From positions 5,120,001-5,184,000 of the forward strand of contig OY781964.1 of assembly GCA_963677485.1 (NCBI GenBank): a stretch of DNA of 64,000 nt. The letters are read 5' to 3'. A program made the position numbers and the translations under genes. Under the pieces are notes generated by a model that saw nothing but the letters and a program-made list of their open reading frames with translations, was not told the origin of the DNA and did no database searches. This document shows, in pieces, positions 1 through 9,105 of this stretch (positions are counted from its first letter, which is position 1; each line of letters starts with the position of its first letter). This DNA is from Armatimonadota bacterium. Its GTDB lineage: Bacteria; Armatimonadota; HRBIN16.

Positions 1-221
1 ACGAACTCCCTGCAGCAGAGCGCAAGGGCATTCAGCAGACTCCAGGCAGCTTGCTGGAAAGCATCAACGCACTGAAGGTAGATCACGAGTACCTGCTTAA
101 GGGCGGCGTATTCACAGAAGACCTGCTTGATACCTACATTGAGTTCAAGCAGAAGAACGACATCGACGGTGTGGCACTTCGCCCGCATCCTTACGAGTTC
201 GCTCTTTACTACGACGCCTAA
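1..221 (+). CDS. glnA: Glutamine synthetase type I, C-terminal fragment (truncated by window start)
   Basis: Frame from position 3 reads ELPAAERKGIQQTPGSLLESINALKVDHEYLLKGGVFTEDLLDTYIEFK...RPHPYEFALYYDA*, the typical GSI C-terminus; not in the ORF track because it lacks a start. Confidence 0.93.
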   Translation, partial: ELPAAERKGIQQTPGSLLESINALKVDHEYLLKGGVFTEDLLDTYIEFKQKNDIDGVALRPHPYEFALYYDA

Positions 222-246
222 ACAGCGCTGTATCCGAAATCACGAT

Positions 247-277
247 AAAAACTCCCCCGCAAGGGGGAGTTTTTTTT
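247..277 (+). terminator. Intrinsic terminator after glnA
   Basis: aaaaactccccc-gcaa-gggggagt followed by a T-run. Confidence 0.9.
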
Positions 278-393
278 GCACACCCAACCTCGCGGATACT
301 ACGAACCCCAACCTCTTCACGAAATGAAGGGATCAGCACCCCATATGTGGAACATAATATCTAACACAGAAACCAGACATATTGGAGGATACC

Positions 394-2331
394 ATGAAAC
401 CCATCGACTATCTGGCGTCATCACATATCACAGTGGTCCAAAAAGGGGCATACTGGAACATCGACAGTCCTAGAACCCACGTCAAACTGAACTCCGATAC
501 ATTAGCGATCACCCTTAGCACGCGAAATGCGACCTGGGAGATACCGCAGTCATCTGAGAATGATCTTCTGCTGCGCAATGCACAGAAGGCCGATGTGAAA
601 TTCGCTTTAAAGTCGGCGAAATCAAAACAGATCACCCCTTATCAGACCGGATGTATCAATGGCGTAAAGATCAGTTTGTCTGGTTTCGGTGACAACGACC
701 TATCACTGAACCTGTTCTTAACTGTCGAATGGCCAACTGAAGATATCATCTTCAAAACCACCTGCACCGAAGGCACTTCGACACTACGCGAACTACGCTG
801 GCCGATGGGTCTCACTGCCGGATCGGCCGATGCGGCCATTGTGCCACTAATGCAGGGATCCAGAATCCCCAAGGATTGGCCGACGAAGGTTTGGGCGTTT
901 GACACACTGGCCCATAGCCGAGCGTTATATATGCCATGGTGGGGTTTTGAGTCTGGCAAGTCAGGCATGATGCAGATACTGGAAACACCCAATGATGCCG
1001 GTTTTGAGTTTTCGCATCCGGCAGGTGGTCCTACGTTTATATGCCATAAATGGCTGCCTCAGCTTGGCAAATTCGGATATCCCCGGAGCATGCGCGTCAA
1101 ACTATTCGACACAGGCAACTATGTGCAGATGGCCAAGGCCTATCGCCAGCATGTCATCGACCGTGGCAACTTCGTATCCCTGAAGCAAAAGATCGCTCGC
1201 ACGCCATCACTGCAGCACATCATTGGAGCCCCAGTCATCCACACAGGTTCAGCCGTTCACCTGGAACCAGGCTCAAACTCATATAACAAAGAGAATGATG
1301 CCGCCAACCATTCCATCATGCCATTTGAAGACACGGGTAAAGCCTTCGAGAAGCTCCATAAAAAGGGTGTCAAGCGTGCTTACGTGCATCTTGATGGGTG
1401 GGGTTTCCGCGGTTACGACAACCAGCATCCAGACATAGTTCCTCCCAGCCCCGAATGCGGCGGATGGCAAGGCTTGAGGCAGCTTAGCCTGACCTGTGAA
1501 AAGCTCAACTACCTGTTCGCCATCCATGATCAGTACCGAGACTACTATGAGTTGGCTTCGAGTTATAACCCAAAACACGTGGTATTAAACGAAGACGGCA
1601 GTTACTACGATGAAGGCTTTTGGTGCGGCGGTAAACAGGCATTCCTATGCCCAAGCCTGGCACCAGCTTATGTGATGCGTAACCATCAGGCACTGCTCAC
1701 AAACGGAGTGAAAGTCAAAGGTGCCTATATGGATGTTTACAGCGTGCTGCCTCCAGACGAATGCTTCTCTCCTGAGCATCCTGTCACACGCACAGAATGT
1801 CTTGATTACCGGGCGCAGTGTTTCAACTACGTGCAAAGCCGACTGGGAGTCATCAGCAGCGAAGAGCCTTCAGACTGGTCAATCCCCTACCTGCACCTTG
1901 TCCATCATGGTCCATACTCGCTTGACCCTTATTTCTATGATGGCATCGCGATGGGTATCACTATCCCACTGTTCAACCTGGTCTACCATGACGCGCTCAT
2001 CACCCCGTGGTTCCCATATACCCACAAAGGCGGCGGGTTTGGTATCCCCAACACGGATCAAGGCATGTCCCATGCGGTGTTGAATGCGGCGATGCCCTAC
2101 ATCGACCTGAATGCATCGGCGGAAGAGATCACACGAGTGAAGATGCTGTGCGCGCTGCAGACACGGCTTGTTCATGCGGAGATGACTGAACACATCCTGC
2201 TTGACGCCAAGGGCAGATCACAGCGCAGCACATGGTCAGATGGCACTGTCATCACCGTTGACCTTGACAGCGGGAAATACGATGTAAAACCTGCCGTCAC
2301 CGCCAGCGAACTTAGTAAAGCGATGGACTAA
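394..2331 (+). CDS. GH129/DUF5696-like glycoside hydrolase (alpha-N-acetylgalactosaminidase-like), copy 1
   Basis: Motifs YVHLDGWG..GYDNQHPD, HDQYRDYY, YMDVY...DEC, SSEEPSDW and PLFNLVYHD resemble GH129; start moved to ATG 394 (GGAGG RBS, matches paralog start MKP). Confidence 0.75.
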   Translation: MKPIDYLASSHITVVQKGAYWNIDSPRTHVKLNSDTLAITLSTRNATWEIPQSSENDLLLRNAQKADVKFALKSAKSKQITPYQTGCINGVKISLSGFGDNDLSLNLFLTVEWPTEDIIFKTTCTEGTSTLRELRWPMGLTAGSADAAIVPLMQGSRIPKDWPTKVWAFDTLAHSRALYMPWWGFESGKSGMMQILETPNDAGFEFSHPAGGPTFICHKWLPQLGKFGYPRSMRVKLFDTGNYVQMAKAYRQHVIDRGNFVSLKQKIARTPSLQHIIGAPVIHTGSAVHLEPGSNSYNKENDAANHSIMPFEDTGKAFEKLHKKGVKRAYVHLDGWGFRGYDNQHPDIVPPSPECGGWQGLRQLSLTCEKLNYLFAIHDQYRDYYELASSYNPKHVVLNEDGSYYDEGFWCGGKQAFLCPSLAPAYVMRNHQALLTNGVKVKGAYMDVYSVLPPDECFSPEHPVTRTECLDYRAQCFNYVQSRLGVISSEEPSDWSIPYLHLVHHGPYSLDPYFYDGIAMGITIPLFNLVYHDALITPWFPYTHKGGGFGIPNTDQGMSHAVLNAAMPYIDLNASAEEITRVKMLCALQTRLVHAEMTEHILLDAKGRSQRSTWSDGTVITVDLDSGKYDVKPAVTASELSKAMD

Positions 2332-2345
2332 CCATAATCGAACCC

Positions 2346-2378
2346 AAGGGCACATGCTATTTACTGGCATGTGCCCTT
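2346..2378 (+). terminator. Stem-loop between the two GH129-like genes
   Basis: aagggcacatgc-N9-gcatgtgccctt, short T tail. Confidence 0.55.
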
Positions 2379-2411
2379 TAGCATCTGCATTCCGGTCACT
2401 GGAGAGATATT

Positions 2412-4346
2412 ATGAAACCTGTTGATTACCTGGCATCATCACACATTACTGTTGCGCAGCGTGGCACAAGCTGGATGATTGACAGCCCGCATAGCCATGT
2501 CCAGATCGACAGCAAGACCCTTGCATTAACACTTCGCACCAGGAACTCATCATGGGAAATGCTGCCGTCTTCAAGCAATGACCTCATCCTTCGCACTGCA
2601 CAGAAGCTCATCACAAGCTATTCACTGACTTCCGCCAAATCACAACAGATCGAGCCCTATCAAACGGGCTGCATCGACGGTGTCAAGATCATGCTCTCAG
2701 GGTTTGATGACAATGACCTCACCATCAGCCTGTTTGTGACCATAGAGTGGCCGTCAGAGGATGTGATCTTCAAAGTAACCTGCGTGGAAGGCCGTTCCAC
2801 GATGCGGGAGCTGCGATGGCCTGCTGGCCTTGTGGCAGGCACCGCCGATGCGGCTATCGTGCCGATGATGCAAGGAGCCAAAATCCCGAAGGACTGGCCG
2901 AAGAAGGTCTGGGTTTTTGATGTCATGCCACACAGCCGCGCCTTGTATATGCCCTGGTGGGGATTCGAAAAAGGGCAGTCGGCCATGCAGCAGATACTGG
3001 AAACACCAGATGATGCCGGATTTGAGTTCAACCATCCAGCCGGTGGTCCCACTTCTATCCAGCACAAGTGGATACCACAACTTGGTCGGTTTGGGTATCC
3101 CCGCACGATGCGCGTCAAGCTGTTCGATAAGGGTAACTATGTTCAAATGGCGAAAGCGTATCGCCAGCACGTGATCGACCGAGGGCATTTCGTATCCTTG
3201 AAGCAAAAGGTGGCACGCTCTCCACTTCTGCAAAAGCTGATCGGCGCACCTGTGATTCATACCTGGGCCTCAATCAACATCGAGCCAGAGTCGCAATACT
3301 TCAACAAACAGGACGATTCTGCGAATCACTCCACCGTGCCTTTCACCAAAACGGCAGACCGGCTGGAGAAGCTGCACAAAGCGGGCGTGAAGCGAGCCTA
3401 CCTGCATCTGGACGGATGGGGTTACCGTGGTTATGATAACCAGCACCCCGACATCCTGCCACCCAGTCCCGCGTGCGGTGGCTGGCCAGGAATGCGCCAA
3501 CTTTCTTACGTCTGTGAGCGGCTGAACTATGTGTTCGCTGTTCACGACAACTACCGTGACTATTATATGCAGGCAGCCAGTTATGACACTCAGCATGTGG
3601 TCAAAAATGAAGACGGCTCGTTCACCCAGTCTGGGGTATGGTATGGCGGCAAGCAGTCGTATCTCTGTCCCAGCCTGGAGCCTTCCTATGTCATGCGAAA
3701 CTACCTCGGGCTGCTGTCGAACGGCATCAAGTTGAAAGGCGCCTATCTGGACACCATCAGTGTAGTCACCCCAGACGAATGCTTCTCACCGGATCACCCA
3801 GTCACCCGAACCGAGTGTCTGAAATATCGAGGCGACTGTCTTGATATCGTAAGCAGCCGTCTGGGTGTGGTCAGCAGCGAGGAGCCATCTGACTGGTCTA
3901 TCCCCTATCTTGACCTCGTTCACCATGGCCCCTACTCTCTCGATCCGATATTTGACAACGGAATTGGCCAGGGGATACCACTCCCGCTGTTCAACCTTGT
4001 CTACCATGACGCGTTGTTGATCCCCTGGTTTGCCAACACATCACTTGGCGGATGGGGTATACCTAATACGGACCGTGGTTTATCACATGCGGTACTCAAC
4101 GCAGGTATGCCATACATCGAGATAGAGCCACGACCCGAGGATATCACACGGGTGCGTATGCTGTGTGCGCTGCAAACCCGATTGGCCCATGCCCAAATGA
4201 CGAACCATGAGATACTAGACGACTCAACGCGCAAGCAGCGCAGCACATGGTCTGACGGCACGGTCATCACCGTGGATTTCGACTCAGGCGAATACCAGAT
4301 CAAACCAGCGTTGACTACCAAAGAGCTCTCTATGGCCATGGCATAG
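2412..4346 (+). CDS. GH129/DUF5696-like glycoside hydrolase, copy 2 (tandem paralog)
   Basis: Colinear over its full length with 394..2331; YLHLDGWG, HDNYRDYY, YLDTI...DEC, SSEEPSDW. Confidence 0.75.
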   Translation: MKPVDYLASSHITVAQRGTSWMIDSPHSHVQIDSKTLALTLRTRNSSWEMLPSSSNDLILRTAQKLITSYSLTSAKSQQIEPYQTGCIDGVKIMLSGFDDNDLTISLFVTIEWPSEDVIFKVTCVEGRSTMRELRWPAGLVAGTADAAIVPMMQGAKIPKDWPKKVWVFDVMPHSRALYMPWWGFEKGQSAMQQILETPDDAGFEFNHPAGGPTSIQHKWIPQLGRFGYPRTMRVKLFDKGNYVQMAKAYRQHVIDRGHFVSLKQKVARSPLLQKLIGAPVIHTWASINIEPESQYFNKQDDSANHSTVPFTKTADRLEKLHKAGVKRAYLHLDGWGYRGYDNQHPDILPPSPACGGWPGMRQLSYVCERLNYVFAVHDNYRDYYMQAASYDTQHVVKNEDGSFTQSGVWYGGKQSYLCPSLEPSYVMRNYLGLLSNGIKLKGAYLDTISVVTPDECFSPDHPVTRTECLKYRGDCLDIVSSRLGVVSSEEPSDWSIPYLDLVHHGPYSLDPIFDNGIGQGIPLPLFNLVYHDALLIPWFANTSLGGWGIPNTDRGLSHAVLNAGMPYIEIEPRPEDITRVRMLCALQTRLAHAQMTNHEILDDSTRKQRSTWSDGTVITVDFDSGEYQIKPALTTKELSMAMA

Positions 4347-4366
4347 TCGACAGAAGGAGCCACTAT

Positions 4367-5449
4367 ATGGCAATCAAGGAAGCATTACGCCGCATACTGA
4401 CTCTGTTCTGTGTGGTCGCTGCCGTTTGGTGCGCCGTCACGCCTCAACCTATAGTCTATGTGCGCCACATGCCGCTGAGTGAGCTTATTCCTAGCCAGTA
4501 TGGCGATAAGGAACGCATCGCACTCATCACCGCCGCCAAAGACGGTAAACTGACGCCCGAACAGTCTGATCAGGCATGGAGGCTCGTAAGGGCCAAACAC
4601 GACCTAGAGATGGTGCGTCCTGACCAATGGCGCGAAGTCGTCAACCAGGTAACCAGCAGTGAAGGTGGGTCCATATACATCCCTCGGAAAAACATGCCGG
4701 AATACCCGTATAGGTCATTCCAACTGGTGAGCATACCAAACGGCACGGTGATGATGGTGGACTTGCTGGATTCTAGCGAAGCGTTCAACCGAGCTCCCGC
4801 CAGCATGGTCTATCCCACGCGGGTGATCTCGCTCTTCTGGCTGTTAGGAGCCATCCTTCTCTATATAATGCTGCCATGGCCACCCAAGCCAACGGATAAT
4901 GTTTATGGCTATAAGCGCATGAACAGCATCATTCTGCCGGACTGGCTGGGGTTCGGTCTAGCTGCCTTCTTCACCGCACTGCCCATGATGGTGATATCCT
5001 GTGACTCCAACTTCACAGGAACCATGCAGGAAGTGCCTTGGAGCCGCATCACGGCCTGGAGTATGCTGGGGATTTTACCTGGTTTGAGTATTATTGTGGT
5101 GGCATGGGTCTATAGCTGCACCTACATCAAGCTGACAGAGAAGCAGGTTGAGTTTGCCTCTCCAACCGGTATGCAGAAGCTGGATTACGAGCAGATCACC
5201 AGCATAGAACCGCATGAGTTCACGTCACCAGTATGGCTAAAACGTGCATCTTTGGTACTGATGTACGGCAGTATCTTCACGATGTCGGCTATATACATCA
5301 TGCTATGTCAAAAACACCCGGGGGCGACAATCACGCTGAAGAATGGTCTGACGAAGACATTCATTCTGGAGTATCTGCCCCGCTACGACGAAATGCTGAA
5401 GCAGCTGCAGTCCAAATCTCAATGCGAGCTGAAAGGCTTCAAGCTATAG
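4367..5449 (+). CDS. Hypothetical multi-pass membrane protein
   Basis: N-terminal hydrophobic anchor, soluble segment, then about 4 hydrophobic segments and a PH-like C-terminal pattern (YIKLTEKQVEF...LDYEQITSIE); GGAG RBS. Confidence 0.6.
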   Translation: MAIKEALRRILTLFCVVAAVWCAVTPQPIVYVRHMPLSELIPSQYGDKERIALITAAKDGKLTPEQSDQAWRLVRAKHDLEMVRPDQWREVVNQVTSSEGGSIYIPRKNMPEYPYRSFQLVSIPNGTVMMVDLLDSSEAFNRAPASMVYPTRVISLFWLLGAILLYIMLPWPPKPTDNVYGYKRMNSIILPDWLGFGLAAFFTALPMMVISCDSNFTGTMQEVPWSRITAWSMLGILPGLSIIVVAWVYSCTYIKLTEKQVEFASPTGMQKLDYEQITSIEPHEFTSPVWLKRASLVLMYGSIFTMSAIYIMLCQKHPGATITLKNGLTKTFILEYLPRYDEMLKQLQSKSQCELKGFKL

Positions 5450-6922
5450 CCGTTTGACATCAGCTCCGGGTTGCCAGTTCACCTTACCCAGGAACTGGCA
5501 GCCCTTAAACCTGATCCGCTCCAGCTTGTATTCTGTAGGGCCTTCACCGTACCGTTGGGTACTGCACGTCATCAACTCAGCCCATTCCGCCCATGCTTCT
5601 AGTCGGCAGTTACGAAAGGTAACATCATGGGGTACGGGCCCTTCGATCACCAGTTCGTTCTCAATCCACATAAAGCCCTTGAAGAACAGACGTTCGGCCA
5701 GCATCTTGCTTCGCCATCTGGCGGTGCCCACCATACGGCAATCGGTTACCAGCGAGCCTGGGTTCGCCACACTTTCGTTGATCAAGCGAATACCTGGTAA
5801 ATCCTGCATATCCAGCGGCTTACTGGGGATGATCACACTGCCCTCTTCACGTTGTTCGAATTTCACCACGCGGACAGAGCCGTAGTCACGCCCTGAATTC
5901 ACGTTAATGGCCCTCACGAGGTCACCAGCACGTGTCAATGCTTCTCCGACGTCTACTAACCATCCACCGTCAGGCAGCATCCGCTTCAGGCCGATATAGT
6001 GGTTGCTTAGGTTCACGACATCGTCATGCAGACCTTCAACAATGCAGTTCTTCCATATGATGGGGCCGCGGTTGTTTTTACAGTGGTAGCCATCACGCCA
6101 AGCCACCATGCCGCGGTTGGTCCCCGGCTTAGGCGTGACCTTCACATTTTCGAAACGGATTGGTCCCTGGTTGCCCTTCACGCTGAACAGGAACGAGGGT
6201 CCGCTCCACACATTCACATTTCGGAAATTTACTTCGCTGCTGCCACCCACATGCATGGCATACCCACCGCCATGCCCAATGCCAGGAACAGGCAGCCAGA
6301 TCAGCGGCTTCTGATCCGCCAGTATCGCCATGCGTCCCTCCCACGGACCGGCTTTGGCCACATTGACCTTCACCACGCGCCCGGTCTTGCCGCCACCTGG
6401 TGCGACGACGTTCCGGATATACAGATGGTGACGCCCCAGCACCTGAGGGATGAAGAACTGCCAGACAGCGCTGTTATCGACATCCTCGGTGAGATCACAT
6501 TCGAGTTCCGGGAATTGAGGTAGAATACGCGCCGTAAAGGATGGTGCTTTCACATCTACGTCCTGCAGTTCAGCGACCACAAACGGCAATGGGGAGTGAT
6601 CGATGGTGAAGCCATCGATTAAGATGCGCTGACAGTCATACAGCCCAAAGCAGTTGACGGGCGATTTCGGCAGGAGGGTGGCTCCATGCCCAATCACTTC
6701 ACAGTCTGTCACTCCGCCAAGCAGCACACCCCATTGGTAATCGGTCACACCATCTTTAGGCAGCAACCTGTATTTGCATCCAGCCTTAAATTCAATGCGG
6801 GTTGGACCCTTGTGTTTACACAGCTCTGCGCATAGCACCTGCAATGCGGGAAGGTCGTTTGTGACGCCGTCACCTTTGAGACCATATTGATGCACATCAT
6901 AACATTTACGTATCACAAACAC
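5444..6922 (-). CDS. Right-handed beta-helix protein, GH110 (alpha-galactosidase)-like
   Basis: N-terminal YDVHQYGLKGDGVTND motif; DGYHCKNNRGPI..KNCIVEGLHDDVVNL matches the GH110-type Asp/Asp-Asp pattern; GTG start overlaps upstream stop. Confidence 0.6.
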   Translation of the reverse strand: MFVIRKCYDVHQYGLKGDGVTNDLPALQVLCAELCKHKGPTRIEFKAGCKYRLLPKDGVTDYQWGVLLGGVTDCEVIGHGATLLPKSPVNCFGLYDCQRILIDGFTIDHSPLPFVVAELQDVDVKAPSFTARILPQFPELECDLTEDVDNSAVWQFFIPQVLGRHHLYIRNVVAPGGGKTGRVVKVNVAKAGPWEGRMAILADQKPLIWLPVPGIGHGGGYAMHVGGSSEVNFRNVNVWSGPSFLFSVKGNQGPIRFENVKVTPKPGTNRGMVAWRDGYHCKNNRGPIIWKNCIVEGLHDDVVNLSNHYIGLKRMLPDGGWLVDVGEALTRAGDLVRAINVNSGRDYGSVRVVKFEQREEGSVIIPSKPLDMQDLPGIRLINESVANPGSLVTDCRMVGTARWRSKMLAERLFFKGFMWIENELVIEGPVPHDVTFRNCRLEAWAEWAELMTCSTQRYGEGPTEYKLERIRFKGCQFLGKVNWQPGADVKRL

Positions 6923-7299
6923 TACCCCAACATATCATAGTTTTTTTGCAGCAGTTCGCAGACGGTCTGGTCCGTCGGCCAGATGACAGGGATATCCAGC
7001 AATAACTGCACGCATGACAGCCCTATCTGACGTTGTTCTGGGCTGATATCTGCGCACCACTCGCGTTCGATCTGCCGGTAAATCGCCCGGGCCTTGTCGG
7101 TCAATAATGCACCGGCGGAGTCGACTAGCGTTAACTCGGCTATAACGCGGGTTTTGAGTATACTGGCTTCATCCCAGCCCATGCCTACTGCCACACCGAC
7201 GGCCAGAACACCCGCTTGAGCCTGGATACGGCCAACTCCCCATCCGATCTCGGCAGAAAGCTGCTTCAGTAACGAAACAGCCTCTGCAGAATCTGTCAT
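6922..7299 (-). CDS. Hypothetical protein, possibly a degenerate HD-GYP-like helical domain
   Basis: ATGA overlap with the GH57 stop and TAGTG overlap with the next gene indicate a real, translationally coupled gene; function unclear. Confidence 0.55.
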   Translation of the reverse strand: MTDSAEAVSLLKQLSAEIGWGVGRIQAQAGVLAVGVAVGMGWDEASILKTRVIAELTLVDSAGALLTDKARAIYRQIEREWCADISPEQRQIGLSCVQLLLDIPVIWPTDQTVCELLQKNYDMLG

Positions 7300-8996
7300 T
7301 GAATCCACCACTCCGGCCGGATGTTTTCAAACACAAGGTCTCGCCCTTCGGCTTCACCCAGTGTTCCCCACTCTTCTGGGGTGGGTTCAACTCCTGCAGC
7401 CACCTTATCAAGCAAGGCCGCCAGTAAGTTGAAGCGGCTTTCATGCCACTCCACCCGGATCTCCGCATAGTCGCGCGCGGCTCCGGTGCTGATCAGGAAA
7501 GGCCAGTCGCTGGATTCGAGCAGTACCAGCTCACGGGCCATCTGCTTTAACAATGGCTGAACACGTTCATTTTCCCGCTGCTCGTAAGCATACTTCATAT
7601 AACGGTCTTCGCACTTGTAGATGCGCTCCCATACCCACAGAGTGTCTGGGTTCAACCAGGTGTAATGGTAGTTCCCAGAGCCCCAACTGCCTTCAGCCAG
7701 CCGGATGATATCGCCACCAGGAGCCGTTTCGTAGACCTCCCTGGCGGTCTTTACCTGCACTTCCGGGTATTGTTCCAGTGCCTTTCGTGCGTAATACAAC
7801 CACTCAGGGCCCTCAAACCACCAGTGACCATACAGCTCGGTGTCATACATGCTGGTGATGTTCGGAAAATCGCCTGTGCTGGCGGCATCAGTCACCTCAG
7901 CGGCAACCAAGCTGGCAAAATGCGCAGCATGCTCTTGAACGACATTGAATGCCTCGAGCGGTTCATATAGCGACTTCTCGCCAAGGTTGGTAGAGTCAGA
8001 GGTCACACGCCAGTAACGCAGCCCGCCTACTTTATGCTTCTTGTGAAATTCGAGATAGCAGCCAGCACCGGGGTAACCGACGGATGAGCTCCAAACCTGC
8101 TGACCAGTATGCATATTTCGTGAGAACACACCGGCGATCCGGTCTGGGTCCTTCGACGTGTTCACTATTTGCATATAGTTCGGCGAGGCAACACTGGCAT
8201 GGGATTTTCGTGATTTGCGCTCTCGTCCCTGGAGTTCCGCCAGCAGCGGAAACCGCTCCGCATACACGCCGGCACTTTTGCCACCGGTCACGATGGCGGA
8301 ATCGACAAAGAAGTAACGTATCCCCTGCTCTGTCAGCATATCATCAACGCCACGCCGCGGGAAGGCCTCACCACCGGTCGGGCGGGCCCAAGGGTAGTCT
8401 GGTCGATACGCACACTCCGGCAGCCAAAATCCGGTGGGGTCACAGCCAAAGTGCCGTTTATAGGAATCCACACCAACCTGTATCTGAGCACGCACACAGG
8501 TGTCTGACCCGATTAACGGCAGGTATCCATGCGTGGCAGCACTGGTGATAACTTCTATATGACCATCATCTTGCAGCAGTTTAAACGCGCCAACCAGGTC
8601 CTGGTTGCACTCATTGAGGTAAAACTGCAGTCTGGCGGAATAGGTGCTGATCCAAAACTCAGCAAGTGACGCTTCGCGGATGCGCCCTTCTTTTAGGAAC
8701 TCAAGCCTGTTTTGTTTGGCAGAGCGGAATCGGAACCCAAACCAGCTTAACAGTTCCTGGGTAAATTCCGGATGAGATAGTTGCTCAGCCAAGATGGGTG
8801 TAATCCCGATGACGAACTTAGGGGAAATTCCTTCGGCAACCAGACGGTGGCATATCTGCAACAACGGGATATAGGTATCAGCGGCGCCTTCTGAAAGCCA
8901 ATCCATACCATGAGGGGTTCGTCCATGATCCATTACGTATGGAATGTGCGAATGCAGCACGAAAGTAAAACTACCTTTAGGATTACTGGATATCAT
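7296..8996 (-). CDS. GH57 family 1,4-alpha-glucan branching enzyme (DUF1957)
   Basis: HSHIPYV, SAATHGYLPL, FWLPECAY (nucleophile), YDTELYGHWWFEG (acid/base), ESSDWPF; start set at ATG 8996 with GAGG RBS. Confidence 0.9.
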   Translation of the reverse strand: MISSNPKGSFTFVLHSHIPYVMDHGRTPHGMDWLSEGAADTYIPLLQICHRLVAEGISPKFVIGITPILAEQLSHPEFTQELLSWFGFRFRSAKQNRLEFLKEGRIREASLAEFWISTYSARLQFYLNECNQDLVGAFKLLQDDGHIEVITSAATHGYLPLIGSDTCVRAQIQVGVDSYKRHFGCDPTGFWLPECAYRPDYPWARPTGGEAFPRRGVDDMLTEQGIRYFFVDSAIVTGGKSAGVYAERFPLLAELQGRERKSRKSHASVASPNYMQIVNTSKDPDRIAGVFSRNMHTGQQVWSSSVGYPGAGCYLEFHKKHKVGGLRYWRVTSDSTNLGEKSLYEPLEAFNVVQEHAAHFASLVAAEVTDAASTGDFPNITSMYDTELYGHWWFEGPEWLYYARKALEQYPEVQVKTAREVYETAPGGDIIRLAEGSWGSGNYHYTWLNPDTLWVWERIYKCEDRYMKYAYEQRENERVQPLLKQMARELVLLESSDWPFLISTGAARDYAEIRVEWHESRFNLLAALLDKVAAGVEPTPEEWGTLGEAEGRDLVFENIRPEWWIQ

Positions 8997-9034
8997 GGGC
9001 TTTCCACCTCTTTCAGAGACGGTATCTATATAAA

Positions 9035-9066
9035 CGGAGAGAAGGCGCATACACGCCTTCTCTCCG
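9035..9066 (-). terminator. Intrinsic terminator after clpC
   Basis: 13-bp stem cggagagaaggcg / cgccttctctccg followed by TTTA on the minus strand. Confidence 0.75.
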
Positions 9067-9105
9067 CACTGAGCCTTTATTTCGAACCAACCGGTGCCAA
9101 CAGCA

